From contig JBJOMY010000003.1 of assembly GCA_046052125.1 (NCBI GenBank), positions 160,001 through 224,000 of the forward strand: DNA of 64,000 nt, read 5' to 3'. Positions 18,936 to 29,914 of this stretch are shown in pieces. The translations under genes and the position numbers were made by a program. The DNA comes from Cyanobacteriota bacterium. GTDB taxonomy: Bacteria; Cyanobacteriota; Cyanobacteriia; PCC-6307; Cyanobiaceae. Within the stretch, counting starts at the first letter, position 1. Each line of letters starts with the position of its first letter. The notes under the pieces are model-generated. The model was not told the DNA's origin, made no database searches, and saw only the letters and a list, made by a program, of their open reading frames with translations.

Positions 18936-19049
18936 CGCCTCGAGCGGCGGCAAAGCGTTGAACACGCTCCAATGCGCTGAGATCCATCAACGCTAGGGAG
19001 GCTGAAAGGAGGAGCGGTTTTAGGTTTCAAATCTGCAATCGCCCTGCTG

Positions 19050-20939
19050 ATGTCGCTCTGGAGTTTCGATCGGCTCAAAGCTCTGCTGGTGGGTGCTCCC
19101 CTGCCCACCAGCGCCCACGCCGAGGAACGGTTCAGCAATGCTGAGGCTCTGGCGATCCTCAGCTCCGATGCTCTCTCATCGGTGGCCTATGCCACCCAGG
19201 AGATCGTGCTGGTGCTGGGGATGGCCGGTGCCGCGGGGCTGGGCTTCACTCTGCCGATCACGGGGTTGATCGTGGCCCTGATGGTGATCGTGGCCATCAG
19301 CTACCGCCAAACGATCAAGGCCTATCCCCTGGGCGGCGGCTCCTACCGCGTGAGCCACGACAACCTGGGCGACCTCACGGGCCTGGTGGCGGGCGCAGCG
19401 CTTTCCATTGATTACGTGCTCACCGTGGCGGTGAGCACCGCCGCCGGGATAGCGGCGCTCACGTCGTATTTCCCCGGGCTCGATGCCTGGCGGGTGCCCC
19501 TCTGCCTGGTGGCGTTGGTGCTGCTGATGCTCGCCAATCTGCGCGGTGTGCGCTCCAGTGCCCAGCTGCTCAGCCTGCCCACCTATGTGTTCATGGTGGC
19601 GGTGTTTGCCCTGGTGATTGGCGGCCTGATCCGCCTGGCCCATGGCGATCTGGCGGTGTTGCAGGAGCAGCAGCAAAACCTGCTGATGGCCCGTGAGCAC
19701 GATCTGCCGCTGGAGGAGCTGGGTGCGGCGCTGACGCCGGTGCTGCTGATGCGGGCCTTCAGTTCCGGCTGCGCGGCCCTCACCGGGATCGAGGCGATCA
19801 GCGATTCGGTGCTCGCCTTTCGCCCCACCGAGTGGCGCAATGCCCGCCGGGTGCTCACGGTGATGGTGCTGATGCTGGCGCTGATGTTCGGTGGCATCAG
19901 CGTGCTCGCCCAGCAGCTGGGCACCGTGTACATCGAGCACGGCCCAACCCTGCTCTACCAACTGGGCTCAGCGGTGTTTGGCAATGGCCCGCTGCTGCTG
20001 ATCCTGCAGCTGGCCACCCTGCTGATCCTGTTGCTGGCGGCCAACACCGCCTATGCCGATTTCCCGCGCCTGGCCAATTTCCTGGCCCTCGATGGTTATC
20101 TGCCCCGCCAGCTCACCTCCCTGGGTGATCGATTGGTGTTCAGCAACGGCATCCTGGCGCTCTCCGGTTTCTCAGGCCTGTTGCTGGTGGTGTTCAACGG
20201 CAGCGTCAGCCGGCTGATTCCGCTCTATGCCGTGGGGGTGTTTCTGAGCTTCACCCTTTCTCAGGCTGGGATGGTGGTGCACTGGTGGAAGGAGCGCAGC
20301 AGCGGCTGGCTCTCCAAGGCGTTGATGAATGGCCTGGGGGCTTTGGTCACGGCGGTGGTCACCGCGGTGCTGCTCTTCAGCAAGTTCACCCATGGGGCGT
20401 GGCTGGTGGTGCTGGCCATCCCGCTGATGGTGGGTCTGTTTCTGGCGATCAAGGCCCACTACCGCAGCGTGTCGCGCCGGTTGCGGCTCGCCGCCGACAA
20501 GCGCCTCACCCTGCCGCCTGCTCCTGCCGATGGGGGGGCTCCGGTGGTGGTGCTTGTGGGCCAGCTGCACCGTGGCAGTTTTGAAGCCGTTCGCTACGCC
20601 CGCAGCATCGCCAAGGAATTGGTGGCGGTGCATGTGGATCTGGGACTGGATCGGGCCGATGCCTTTCGCGAGCAGTGGCAGCGGCAGCTGCCGGAGATTC
20701 CCCTGGTGGTGCTCGAGTCGCCCTATCGCTCCTTGATCGATCCGGTGCTGGAGTTTGTGCGCACCTTTGAGATCGAGCACCGCAAGGATCGCGATCGCTT
20801 CTGCACTGTGGTGTTGCCGGTGTTTGTGACCCGGCACCGCTGGGAAAACCTGTTGCACAACCAGAGCACCGTGGCCCTGCGCAGCGCCCTGAGGGCTCAG
20901 GGCACGCGGGTGGTCACGACTGTGGGCTTTTATCTCTGA
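19050..20939 (+). CDS. APC family permease, KimA/YdaO-like (probable K+ transporter)
   Basis: LSSDALSSVAYA, AYPLGGGSY, GCAALTGIEAISD, PLYAVGVF, cytoplasmic tail ending LLHNQ. Confidence 0.85.
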   Translation: MSLWSFDRLKALLVGAPLPTSAHAEERFSNAEALAILSSDALSSVAYATQEIVLVLGMAGAAGLGFTLPITGLIVALMVIVAISYRQTIKAYPLGGGSYRVSHDNLGDLTGLVAGAALSIDYVLTVAVSTAAGIAALTSYFPGLDAWRVPLCLVALVLLMLANLRGVRSSAQLLSLPTYVFMVAVFALVIGGLIRLAHGDLAVLQEQQQNLLMAREHDLPLEELGAALTPVLLMRAFSSGCAALTGIEAISDSVLAFRPTEWRNARRVLTVMVLMLALMFGGISVLAQQLGTVYIEHGPTLLYQLGSAVFGNGPLLLILQLATLLILLLAANTAYADFPRLANFLALDGYLPRQLTSLGDRLVFSNGILALSGFSGLLLVVFNGSVSRLIPLYAVGVFLSFTLSQAGMVVHWWKERSSGWLSKALMNGLGALVTAVVTAVLLFSKFTHGAWLVVLAIPLMVGLFLAIKAHYRSVSRRLRLAADKRLTLPPAPADGGAPVVVLVGQLHRGSFEAVRYARSIAKELVAVHVDLGLDRADAFREQWQRQLPEIPLVVLESPYRSLIDPVLEFVRTFEIEHRKDRDRFCTVVLPVFVTRHRWENLLHNQSTVALRSALRAQGTRVVTTVGFYL

Positions 20940-20974
20940 ACATGAGGCGAAACTGAGCCGCTCCCACCTCCCTG

Positions 20975-21676
20975 ATGCTGCCGTTTCACTGGCTCACTCA
21001 AACCCTCGCCTTTGGCCTGGGTATCTCCTTCAGCCCGCTCAACATCGCCCTGGTGGCGCTGCTTTTGCTCGGCACCCAACCGCTGCGGCGATGCGGCACC
21101 TTTCTCACCGGCTGGGTGCTGGCTAACGGTGGGGCGCTCAGTGCCGTGGTGCTGATCGGCGGGCGGCTGAGCTGGGCCATGCACCTGGGCAGCCGCGGCC
21201 AGGTGTTGATTGATCTGATCGGTGCCGGCGCGCTGGTGGGACTTGGCCTGTTTCAGCTCACCCCTGCGGTGGCGATGGGTGAGGAGAACTGGGCCATGCA
21301 GCTGATGACGCGCCTTCCTGAGATGGGCAGTTTGCCCCTGCTGGGCCTGGGGGCCGGCTGCGCCTTGGTGAGCCCGGAAAACCTGGTGTTTTATGTGAAG
21401 GAGGGCGGCATGCTGCTCACCAACCACACCAGCCTGCGAGGTGATCTGGAGGTGGGCGCGGTGTTTGTGGCCGTTACCGCCTCGCTGCTGCTGCTGCCGC
21501 CTCTGCTCTGGATCGTGAACGGCGAAGCCCTGCGCCAGCCGCTGGTGGCCATCAACGACTGGCTGGTGCACCGGGCCGAATGGCTGGTGGGCGTGTTCGC
21601 GTTGCTCCTGGGTGTGTATCTGGCTTGGCAGGGCCTCGAGGGCCTGCATCAGATGGCGGCGCTCTCGGCGGCTTGA
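20975..21676 (+). CDS. GAP/Sap-like family membrane protein
   Basis: GISFSP...LLLLG, SPENL, about six TM segments. Confidence 0.6.
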   Translation: MLPFHWLTQTLAFGLGISFSPLNIALVALLLLGTQPLRRCGTFLTGWVLANGGALSAVVLIGGRLSWAMHLGSRGQVLIDLIGAGALVGLGLFQLTPAVAMGEENWAMQLMTRLPEMGSLPLLGLGAGCALVSPENLVFYVKEGGMLLTNHTSLRGDLEVGAVFVAVTASLLLLPPLLWIVNGEALRQPLVAINDWLVHRAEWLVGVFALLLGVYLAWQGLEGLHQMAALSAA

Positions 21677-22716
21677 TCGCGGCGGCGCTTGTGGCGCAGG
21701 GAATCGCCCAACGCCAGCAGCAACAGCACCACACCGATCAGGCCGCTCAACCACTCGGGCACATGCCAGCCCCAGCGGCCGATCACAACACCAGAGAGCA
21801 TCAGCAGGCCCAGGGCGCCGATCGCGTAGTGGGCGCCGTGCTCCAGATAGATCAGGTGGTCGAGTGCTTTCTCACGGCTGAGCATCACCGTGAGTGAGCG
21901 GATGAACAGGGCTCCGAGCCCCAGGCCCGTGAGGATCAGCCCGAGATCGGTCGTGATCGCGAAGGCGCCGATCGTGCCATCGAGGCTGAAGGAGGCATCC
22001 AGGAGCTCCAGGTAGACCAGGCTGGCAAAACCGCTCTGGGCGGCCATGCGCCCCACGGCCGCCTCCTCGCCACCGAAGAAGTCGGCCAGGGAGGTGCTCA
22101 GGATCTGCAACACCAAACCGATTAATCCGGCGAAGAGCACATCGCTGCGCAGGCTGGCCGGCAGCGCGAACGACACCAGCATCAGGATGATCAGCGCCAG
22201 CGCCACCTCCAGGGAGGGCACCTTGCCGGCGCGGCTGAGCCGCCGCTCCAGCAGCTCCACCCAGTGCAGGGTTTTGGCTTCATCAAGGAAGTAGCGCAGG
22301 AACACCATCAGCAGAAACATGCCGCCGAAGGCAAGAATCCGCGGCTCGGCCAGCTCCAGCAGCTCGTGGTAGTGGTCGGGATGGTGCAGGGCCGCATCGA
22401 GGGCTTCCCCAAGCCCGATGCCTCCCGCCAGGCTCACCAGCAACAGCGGCCCGAGAAAGCGCACGCCGAACACCGGGATCACCAAGCCCCAGCTCAGAAA
22501 GAAGCGCTGCTGGCCAGGGGTGAGCTGCTCCAGCACCCGCGCATTCACCACGGCGTTATCAAACGAGAGGCTGATCTCCAGCGCCAGCAACACCAGCGTG
22601 ATCCAGGTGGCCTGAAGGCCTGCTGGGCTGAAGCCGCCATGGCTCACGGCCACGGCGATAAGGCCGATCAGGCAGCAGATCAGCGGGAAACGCACATAGC
22701 GCAGTAGGCGAGCCAT
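21649..22716 (-). CDS. DUF475 / TerC-like membrane protein
   Basis: LEISLSFDNAVVNA, YLELLDASFSLDG, YLEHGAHYAI. Confidence 0.88.
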   Translation of the reverse strand: MARLLRYVRFPLICCLIGLIAVAVSHGGFSPAGLQATWITLVLLALEISLSFDNAVVNARVLEQLTPGQQRFFLSWGLVIPVFGVRFLGPLLLVSLAGGIGLGEALDAALHHPDHYHELLELAEPRILAFGGMFLLMVFLRYFLDEAKTLHWVELLERRLSRAGKVPSLEVALALIILMLVSFALPASLRSDVLFAGLIGLVLQILSTSLADFFGGEEAAVGRMAAQSGFASLVYLELLDASFSLDGTIGAFAITTDLGLILTGLGLGALFIRSLTVMLSREKALDHLIYLEHGAHYAIGALGLLMLSGVVIGRWGWHVPEWLSGLIGVVLLLLALGDSLRHKRRRDQAAESAAI

Positions 22717-22924
22717 TGGGGCGGGCAGCTGCAGTGAGCTTGCTTGCTGGAGGGGGCTTGGCAAGAGTGAACGCAAGAGATTGTTGGGACCGCCGCCGAG
22801 CAAGGATCAAATCTCTACCTGGCAGCCGTGGAATCTTTTGAGGCTTGCAAGCTGCTTGTGGCCCTTTTGGCTGAAAAACCGATCTGCTTACCGGTGTATG
22901 TTGGCCGCAGTTGGGTTGCTCTCG

Positions 22925-24745
22925 ATGGACGCCTTTCTTGAAGCCGCTCTGCAGCCGGCTGGGGCCATCACCCTGGCGGTGTTCGCTGTGGCGATCCTGT
23001 TGTTCGTTACCGGCTGGCTGGCTCCTGAAGTCACGGCGTTGCTTGCCGCGGCCCTGTTGGTCACTTTCCGCGTGCTGAAGCCCGATGAGGCGGTGCAGGG
23101 CTTTGGGAGTCCCGCGCTCATTACCCTCATGGGCCTTTTCGCTGTGTCGGCGGGCCTGTTTCGTAGTGGTGGCCTGGATCGCTTAAGGGCGCTGATCGCC
23201 AGCGATTCGGTCCGCAGCCCCAAGCGCATGATTGCGCTGATGGTGGGCGTTGTGGCGCCGATTTCTGGCTTCATTCCTAATACCCCGATCGTGGCCACGT
23301 TGTTGCCAGTGGTGGAGGGTTGGTGCCATCGGCGCGGTATCTCACCCTCGAAGGTGTTGCTGCCTCTGTCTTTTGCCACTGTGCTCGGTGGCACGATCTC
23401 GCTCCTCGGCACATCCACCAACCTTCTGGCCAGCGATGTGAGTCGTCAGTTGGGCTTTGGTCCTCTGGAGCTGTTCAGCTTCACGGCCATTGGCGTGCCG
23501 GTGTGGTTGCTGGGTGGTCTCTACATGCTTTGGGCCTCCGACCGATTGCTCCCTGACCGTGGCCTCGATGACGGTGATTTGCTGAGCTCCCTCGCACGAG
23601 AGGGCTACCTCACCGATGTGCTGATTCCTGAGGGTTCCGAACTCATCGGTCAGTCCTTGCACCGCAGCCGTCTGCAGCGACGCTTTGATGTGGATGCGCT
23701 CGAGCTTCATCGGGCGGGCCAGACGATCAGCGCCCCGCTAGCGGATGTGACACTGCAGGCGGGTGATCGTCTGTTGTTGCGCTGCAACCGCGAGAACCTG
23801 TTGCGTCTTCAGCAAGAGCACACCGTGGCGTTGGCGGCGGTGGGTGATGAAAGCGACGACCTCCGCGAGCTGAGCGGAGGCCTCGATACGCCCATGCGTG
23901 TGGTGGAGGTGCTGTTGCCCAACGGCTCCACGATCACCGGAACCAGCGTGCGCGATCTGCGATTCCGCCAGCGCTACAACGCAACTCTGCTCGCGGTTCG
24001 CCGTGGCAATCAGGTGCTCCGTGAACTACTGGGCCGCGTGGTGCTTCAGCCCGGAGATGTGCTGCTGCTGCAAGCTCCGCTTGATGCCATTCGCGGTCTT
24101 CAGGCCAACAACGACCTGGTGCTGCTGGATGAGCTGGAGAAAGATATGCCCACCACGAGCCGCAAATGGGTGGCCGTGCTGGTTGCTTCGCTTGTGATCG
24201 TGCTGCCGCTGTTCAAGGTGCTCAACCTGATGGCTGCTGTACTTCTGGCGGTAGTGATCATGGTGGCCACCGGATGCTTGCGGCCAGGCGAATTGCAGCG
24301 TTCGATCCGCTGGGATGTGATCTTGCTGCTGGGCTCACTTTCCTGCTTCAGCGAGGCGATGCAGAAGACCGGTCTAGCCGAGGCACTGGCGACGGATCTT
24401 CTGCACGGCCTGCAAGGTTGGCCTCCCTACAGCGTGCTGCTGGTGGTGTTTGTGATCGCTCAGATCTTCACCGAGGCCCTCAGCAACGGCACCACCGTGG
24501 TGTTGCTGATGCCCATCGCCACAGCCATTGCCCAGGGGCTTGGTCTACCGCCGATGGCCTTCATCTTCGCCATCACCATCGCCGCCAGCCAGAGCTTCAT
24601 GACACCCATCGGCTACCAAACCAACCTGATGGTGTTTGGTCCGGGTCGGTATCGCTTCTTGGATATGACCCGCTACGGCGCGCCACTCACCATCGGTCTG
24701 GCGCTGATCGTGCCGTTCCTCATTTGCCGCTACTTCGGCTTGTGA
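22925..24745 (+). CDS. SLC13/CitMHS family permease with two TrkA-C domains
   Basis: SGFIPNTP, LGTSTNL, two RCK_C-like segments, TPIGYQTNLMV. Confidence 0.88.
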   Translation: MDAFLEAALQPAGAITLAVFAVAILLFVTGWLAPEVTALLAAALLVTFRVLKPDEAVQGFGSPALITLMGLFAVSAGLFRSGGLDRLRALIASDSVRSPKRMIALMVGVVAPISGFIPNTPIVATLLPVVEGWCHRRGISPSKVLLPLSFATVLGGTISLLGTSTNLLASDVSRQLGFGPLELFSFTAIGVPVWLLGGLYMLWASDRLLPDRGLDDGDLLSSLAREGYLTDVLIPEGSELIGQSLHRSRLQRRFDVDALELHRAGQTISAPLADVTLQAGDRLLLRCNRENLLRLQQEHTVALAAVGDESDDLRELSGGLDTPMRVVEVLLPNGSTITGTSVRDLRFRQRYNATLLAVRRGNQVLRELLGRVVLQPGDVLLLQAPLDAIRGLQANNDLVLLDELEKDMPTTSRKWVAVLVASLVIVLPLFKVLNLMAAVLLAVVIMVATGCLRPGELQRSIRWDVILLLGSLSCFSEAMQKTGLAEALATDLLHGLQGWPPYSVLLVVFVIAQIFTEALSNGTTVVLLMPIATAIAQGLGLPPMAFIFAITIAASQSFMTPIGYQTNLMVFGPGRYRFLDMTRYGAPLTIGLALIVPFLICRYFGL

Positions 24746-24805
24746 GCGCAACGCACCTGAAACGCCAGGCAGGATGAGCCCACGCTTCCACCTCTGATCA
24801 AGCCT

Positions 24806-25270
24806 GTGCTGCGTCGTCGCAAATCCCTGCTGCGGCTGTTCCGTCAGCGCCTGCTCTGGCTCTGGCACCACGAGGGCAGCCACGGCCAGCGGGCCCGGGG
24901 CCTGGCAGCGGGTGTGTTCACCGGTTGCTACCCCTTCTTTGGCCTGCAGATCGTGCTTGGGGTGGGCTTGGCCAGCCTGGTGCGGGGCAACCATCTGCTG
25001 GCCGCGGCCGGCACCTGGATCAGCAACCCCCTCACCTCCCTGCCCCTCTACTGGTTCAACTACCAAGTGGGCAGCTGGCTGCTGGGCCCAGGGCCCGGCT
25101 TCCCTTCAATGCAGCAGGTGCAGGAGCAGGGCCTATGGGCGTTGGGCCTCTCCTTCACCAGTCGCTTGATGCTGGGCTCCACGGTGGTGGGTGTGCTGAG
25201 CGCCTTGCTGATCGGCGGCCTCTATTGGTCGATGCTCAAGCGCCGCCAGCAGCAAAACACTCACAACTGA
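24806..25270 (+). CDS. DUF2062 membrane protein
   Basis: ARGLAAGVFTGCYPFFGLQ, WISNPLT. Confidence 0.8.
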   Translation: MLRRRKSLLRLFRQRLLWLWHHEGSHGQRARGLAAGVFTGCYPFFGLQIVLGVGLASLVRGNHLLAAAGTWISNPLTSLPLYWFNYQVGSWLLGPGPGFPSMQQVQEQGLWALGLSFTSRLMLGSTVVGVLSALLIGGLYWSMLKRRQQQNTHN

Positions 25271-26277
25271 GGCTGGCCCGCATCGGAGGGCACCCGTTTC
25301 CAGCCCGCCAGCACGCCGAGAATGTCGGCCGCGCTCACCAGACCCACGAACGCACCGAATTCATCCACCACCACCCGCACGGAGGTGCGATCCCCCCGGC
25401 GGAAGGAGGTGAGTAGGCGATCGGCACGGATCATCTCCGGCACATAGCTGGGGGCTTCGCACAGATCAGCCACCAGCCGATCGCCGCCGCCACGCAGCAG
25501 TTCGCTCAGGGCCTCCTCACGGCTCTGCACCCCGAGCACCTCATCCACCTCTGCACCGAGCACCACCCACCAAGCGTCCTCGGGTGCCTGCAGGATCTCC
25601 TCGCGCACGCTGTTCAGGCTCACGGCGCCCGACAGCGAAGGGGTCGCCACCCGAGACACCATCAGATCACGGGCGGTGAGGTCGTTGAGGGCGAACACCT
25701 TGCCGATCATCGCCGCCTCATCGGCTTCGATCTGGCCCTGCTGGGAGCCCAGCCTGGCCATCAGGTGAATCTCGCGCTCGTTGGTGGTGAGCTCCGCTTC
25801 CGCGGTGATCGCCGGCATCAGCTTCTCGAGCAGCAGCAGGATCGGCAGGCTGATGCGCTCCAGCACCAGCAGCACGCGGGCCGAAGCCAGAGAGATGCCC
25901 ATCGAGAAGCTGTTGCCGATCGCCTTCGGCAGGATTTCGGCGAACAGGATCACCAGCAGCGTGAACAGCACGTTGAAGGCGATCAGGCCCGCCGCTCCGC
26001 CGAAGCCCGTTTCAAACACCTGATCGGCGTGGCTACCCAGCACCATCGAGCCGGAGATGTTGAACAGGTTGTTGGCCACCACCAGCAAGGCCAGCGCCCG
26101 CCCCGGCCGGGCCTTGATCCGCTCCAGGGCGCGGGCCCCCGGCACCCGCTGCTGGCCGAGGGTGTGCACCTGAATCGGGTTCACCGTGAGGATCGCCGCC
26201 TCCACGCCGGTGGCAATCGCTGAACCCACCAAGATCACCGCCCCCAGGACGATGAGGGCAAGCAAGGGGTTCATCAA
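25261..26277 (-). CDS. CNNM/DUF21 plus CBS domain protein (CorC/hemolysin-like)
   Basis: GVEAAI, FAEILPKAIG, VVVDEFGAFVGLVS. Confidence 0.85.
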   Translation of the reverse strand: MMNPLLALIVLGAVILVGSAIATGVEAAILTVNPIQVHTLGQQRVPGARALERIKARPGRALALLVVANNLFNISGSMVLGSHADQVFETGFGGAAGLIAFNVLFTLLVILFAEILPKAIGNSFSMGISLASARVLLVLERISLPILLLLEKLMPAITAEAELTTNEREIHLMARLGSQQGQIEADEAAMIGKVFALNDLTARDLMVSRVATPSLSGAVSLNSVREEILQAPEDAWWVVLGAEVDEVLGVQSREEALSELLRGGGDRLVADLCEAPSYVPEMIRADRLLTSFRRGDRTSVRVVVDEFGAFVGLVSAADILGVLAGWKRVPSDAGQPQL

Positions 26278-26343
26278 ACGGGTTGACCAGTGTCCTGGCC
26301 CGGACCTTACCTACGGTGACCCAGCTGACCAGCCCCAGGCTCG

Positions 26344-27753
26344 ATGACCGTTGCTCGCCCGAGCCGACCGATAGAGGCCCTCAATCGCTGGCGTCAGCAG
26401 CTCACGGTGCCCCAGTTCACGGTGGTCACCGGCCTGATCGTGATTGTGGTGGGCACCTTTCTGCTCGCCTCACCGCTCTGCTCCACCGACGACGTTGGCC
26501 TCTGGCAGGCCCTGTTCACCGTGACCTCGGCGATCACCGTGACCGGTCTCTCGATCATCGTGGTGGACCGCGATCTCACCCTGCTCGGTCAGGTGGTGCT
26601 CGCTGGCTTGATCATCACCGGCGGCCTCGGCTTGATGGCGATCACCACCTTCCTGCAGGGGTTCGTGCAGGGACGCTCCGGGCTGCGGCATCGCCTCGAT
26701 AAGGGGCGTGCATTGGACGAATTCGGTGTGGGCGGCATCGGCCCCACCTTCAACAGCATCCTGCTCACCGCCTTCTGCGTGATGGGTGCAGGTGCGGTGA
26801 TTCTGTATGCGTTTGGTTTCACCGATATCAGTAATCCGCTGCAGCGGATGTGGGCATCCCTGTTTCATGTGATCAGCGCTTACAACAACGCCGGCTTTGG
26901 TCTGTGGGAACAGAATTTGGTGGGCTATCGCGATAACCCCGTGGTGAATGGGGTGATCGCTTCGATGATCGTGATCGGCGGCATCGGCTGGCGGGTGATC
27001 AATGATCTCTGGGCGAATCGCAAACGTCTGCGCCGCGTTGGCTGCCTCAATCTGCACACGCGCCTGGTGTTGCGCAGCACCCTGGTGCTGATTGTGCTCG
27101 GCTGCATTGGCTTGCTGGTGACCGAACACTTCGGCTATCAGGCCACGGCCATGGGCAATCTCAATCTCTGGCAGAAGATTCAGATCACCCTGTTTCAATC
27201 GATCACCACCCGCACGGCTGGCTTCAACACCATTCCGCTCTCAGCTGAAACGATCACCGATGCGGGGTTGTTGTTGATGATCCTGCTGATGTTCATCGGC
27301 GCTAGCCCAGGGGGGACCGGCGGCGGGATCAAAACCACCACCTTCGCCATCCTTGTGGGAGCCACCCGCTCCACCCTGCAGGGCCGCAACGATGTGCTGA
27401 TCCACCGCCGTCAGATCCCCGATGGCACAGTGCTCAGGGCCGTGGGTGTGACCCTCGCCTCGCTGTTGTTTGTGGTGCTGATGGCCCTGCTGCTGGGCAT
27501 CGGCCCAACGGCCGGGGGTGTGCCAGGCCACCAGAACTACAGCTTCATTGAAAAGCTGTACACCTGCGTATCGGCCTTCGGCACCGTGGGCCTGGATCTG
27601 GGCGTGACCGCCAACCTCAACCGCTGGGGGCAGCTGGTGCTCATGGTGGGGATGTTCGTGGGACGGATCGGGATCCTCTTGCTGCTTTCGGCCCTCTACG
27701 GCAACCGCCCCCAGCCGCGGGTGGGCTTCCCCCGCGAGGATCTCTACGTCTAG
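26344..27753 (+). CDS. ktrB: TrkH/KtrB potassium uptake membrane subunit
   Basis: Four pore motifs TVTG, NNAG, RTAG, GTVG; GASPGGTGGGIK. Confidence 0.9.
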   Translation: MTVARPSRPIEALNRWRQQLTVPQFTVVTGLIVIVVGTFLLASPLCSTDDVGLWQALFTVTSAITVTGLSIIVVDRDLTLLGQVVLAGLIITGGLGLMAITTFLQGFVQGRSGLRHRLDKGRALDEFGVGGIGPTFNSILLTAFCVMGAGAVILYAFGFTDISNPLQRMWASLFHVISAYNNAGFGLWEQNLVGYRDNPVVNGVIASMIVIGGIGWRVINDLWANRKRLRRVGCLNLHTRLVLRSTLVLIVLGCIGLLVTEHFGYQATAMGNLNLWQKIQITLFQSITTRTAGFNTIPLSAETITDAGLLLMILLMFIGASPGGTGGGIKTTTFAILVGATRSTLQGRNDVLIHRRQIPDGTVLRAVGVTLASLLFVVLMALLLGIGPTAGGVPGHQNYSFIEKLYTCVSAFGTVGLDLGVTANLNRWGQLVLMVGMFVGRIGILLLLSALYGNRPQPRVGFPREDLYV

Positions 27754-27774
27754 AAAGGTTTGGTCAGGCTTGAA

Positions 27775-28488
27775 ATGACAACCGTGAACCAGTGGTGGCA
27801 GTGGGGCGGCGGGCCTGAGGGGCAGCGCGGTGGGTTCGCGGTGATTGGTGTGGGCCGTTTTGGCTCCTCGGTGTGCGCTGAGCTGCTGCGGGCCGGCGCC
27901 GATGTGCTGGCGATCGATTCCAGCCAGCGCGCGATCGACGCCCTGCGCCAGCTCGATGCCTCGATCGAAGCGCGGGTGGTGGATTGCACCGATGAAGAAG
28001 CCCTGCGTGCTGCCGGTGTGCTCGAGATGGAAACCGTTGTGGTGGCCATGAGTGACCCGATCGAAGCCAGCATCACGGCCACCTTGATCTGCAAGGACGC
28101 GCCCGGTTCAAAGGTGCGTCAGGTGATTGCACGCGCCACCAGCGATCTGCACGTGAAGATGCTGCAGCGCGTGGGTGCTGATCGGGTGGTGTTCCCCTCA
28201 AAAATGATGGGAACGCGCCTCGGTGTGGAACTGGTGCGCCCCAACCTGCTCGAGCAGTTGCGTCTCGACGATCGCAGCTGCATTGAGGAGATCAAGGTGC
28301 CCCAATCCTTCGTGGGCCATTCGCTGCGCGATCTCAACCTGCGCAAACACTTCAATGTGAATGTGTTGGCCGCCGGTCCGGCGGGGCAGTTGCATGTGAA
28401 TCCACCGGCGTCCCATGTGCTCGCTCAGGGTGAATTGCTGGTGGTGATGGGTTCTGAGGAGTCGCTGCGCTCCTTGCCTGGCAGTTGA
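27775..28488 (+). CDS. ktrA: TrkA/KtrA potassium uptake RCK subunit
   Basis: VIGVGRFG Rossmann motif, GADRVVFP, RCK_C domain. Confidence 0.88.
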   Translation: MTTVNQWWQWGGGPEGQRGGFAVIGVGRFGSSVCAELLRAGADVLAIDSSQRAIDALRQLDASIEARVVDCTDEEALRAAGVLEMETVVVAMSDPIEASITATLICKDAPGSKVRQVIARATSDLHVKMLQRVGADRVVFPSKMMGTRLGVELVRPNLLEQLRLDDRSCIEEIKVPQSFVGHSLRDLNLRKHFNVNVLAAGPAGQLHVNPPASHVLAQGELLVVMGSEESLRSLPGS

Positions 28489-28543
28489 GTGTGGGCCGGC
28501 CTGTGGGCTTTCCCACACCGCCGGCTTTAAGGGTTGTGCATAA

Positions 28544-29881
<1,338 letters not shown>

Positions 29882-29914
29882 CGCCCACTCCGTTCGCCCG
29901 CTCGAGCTCACCCG

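Noticed and set aside
18966..19049. c-di-AMP (ydaO) riboswitch upstream of the KimA-like gene
   Set aside because: The region is too short and I saw no consensus elements.
22717..22924. yybP-ykoY Mn riboswitch upstream of the TerC-like gene
   Set aside because: No GGGGAGUA-type conserved core was found on the minus strand.
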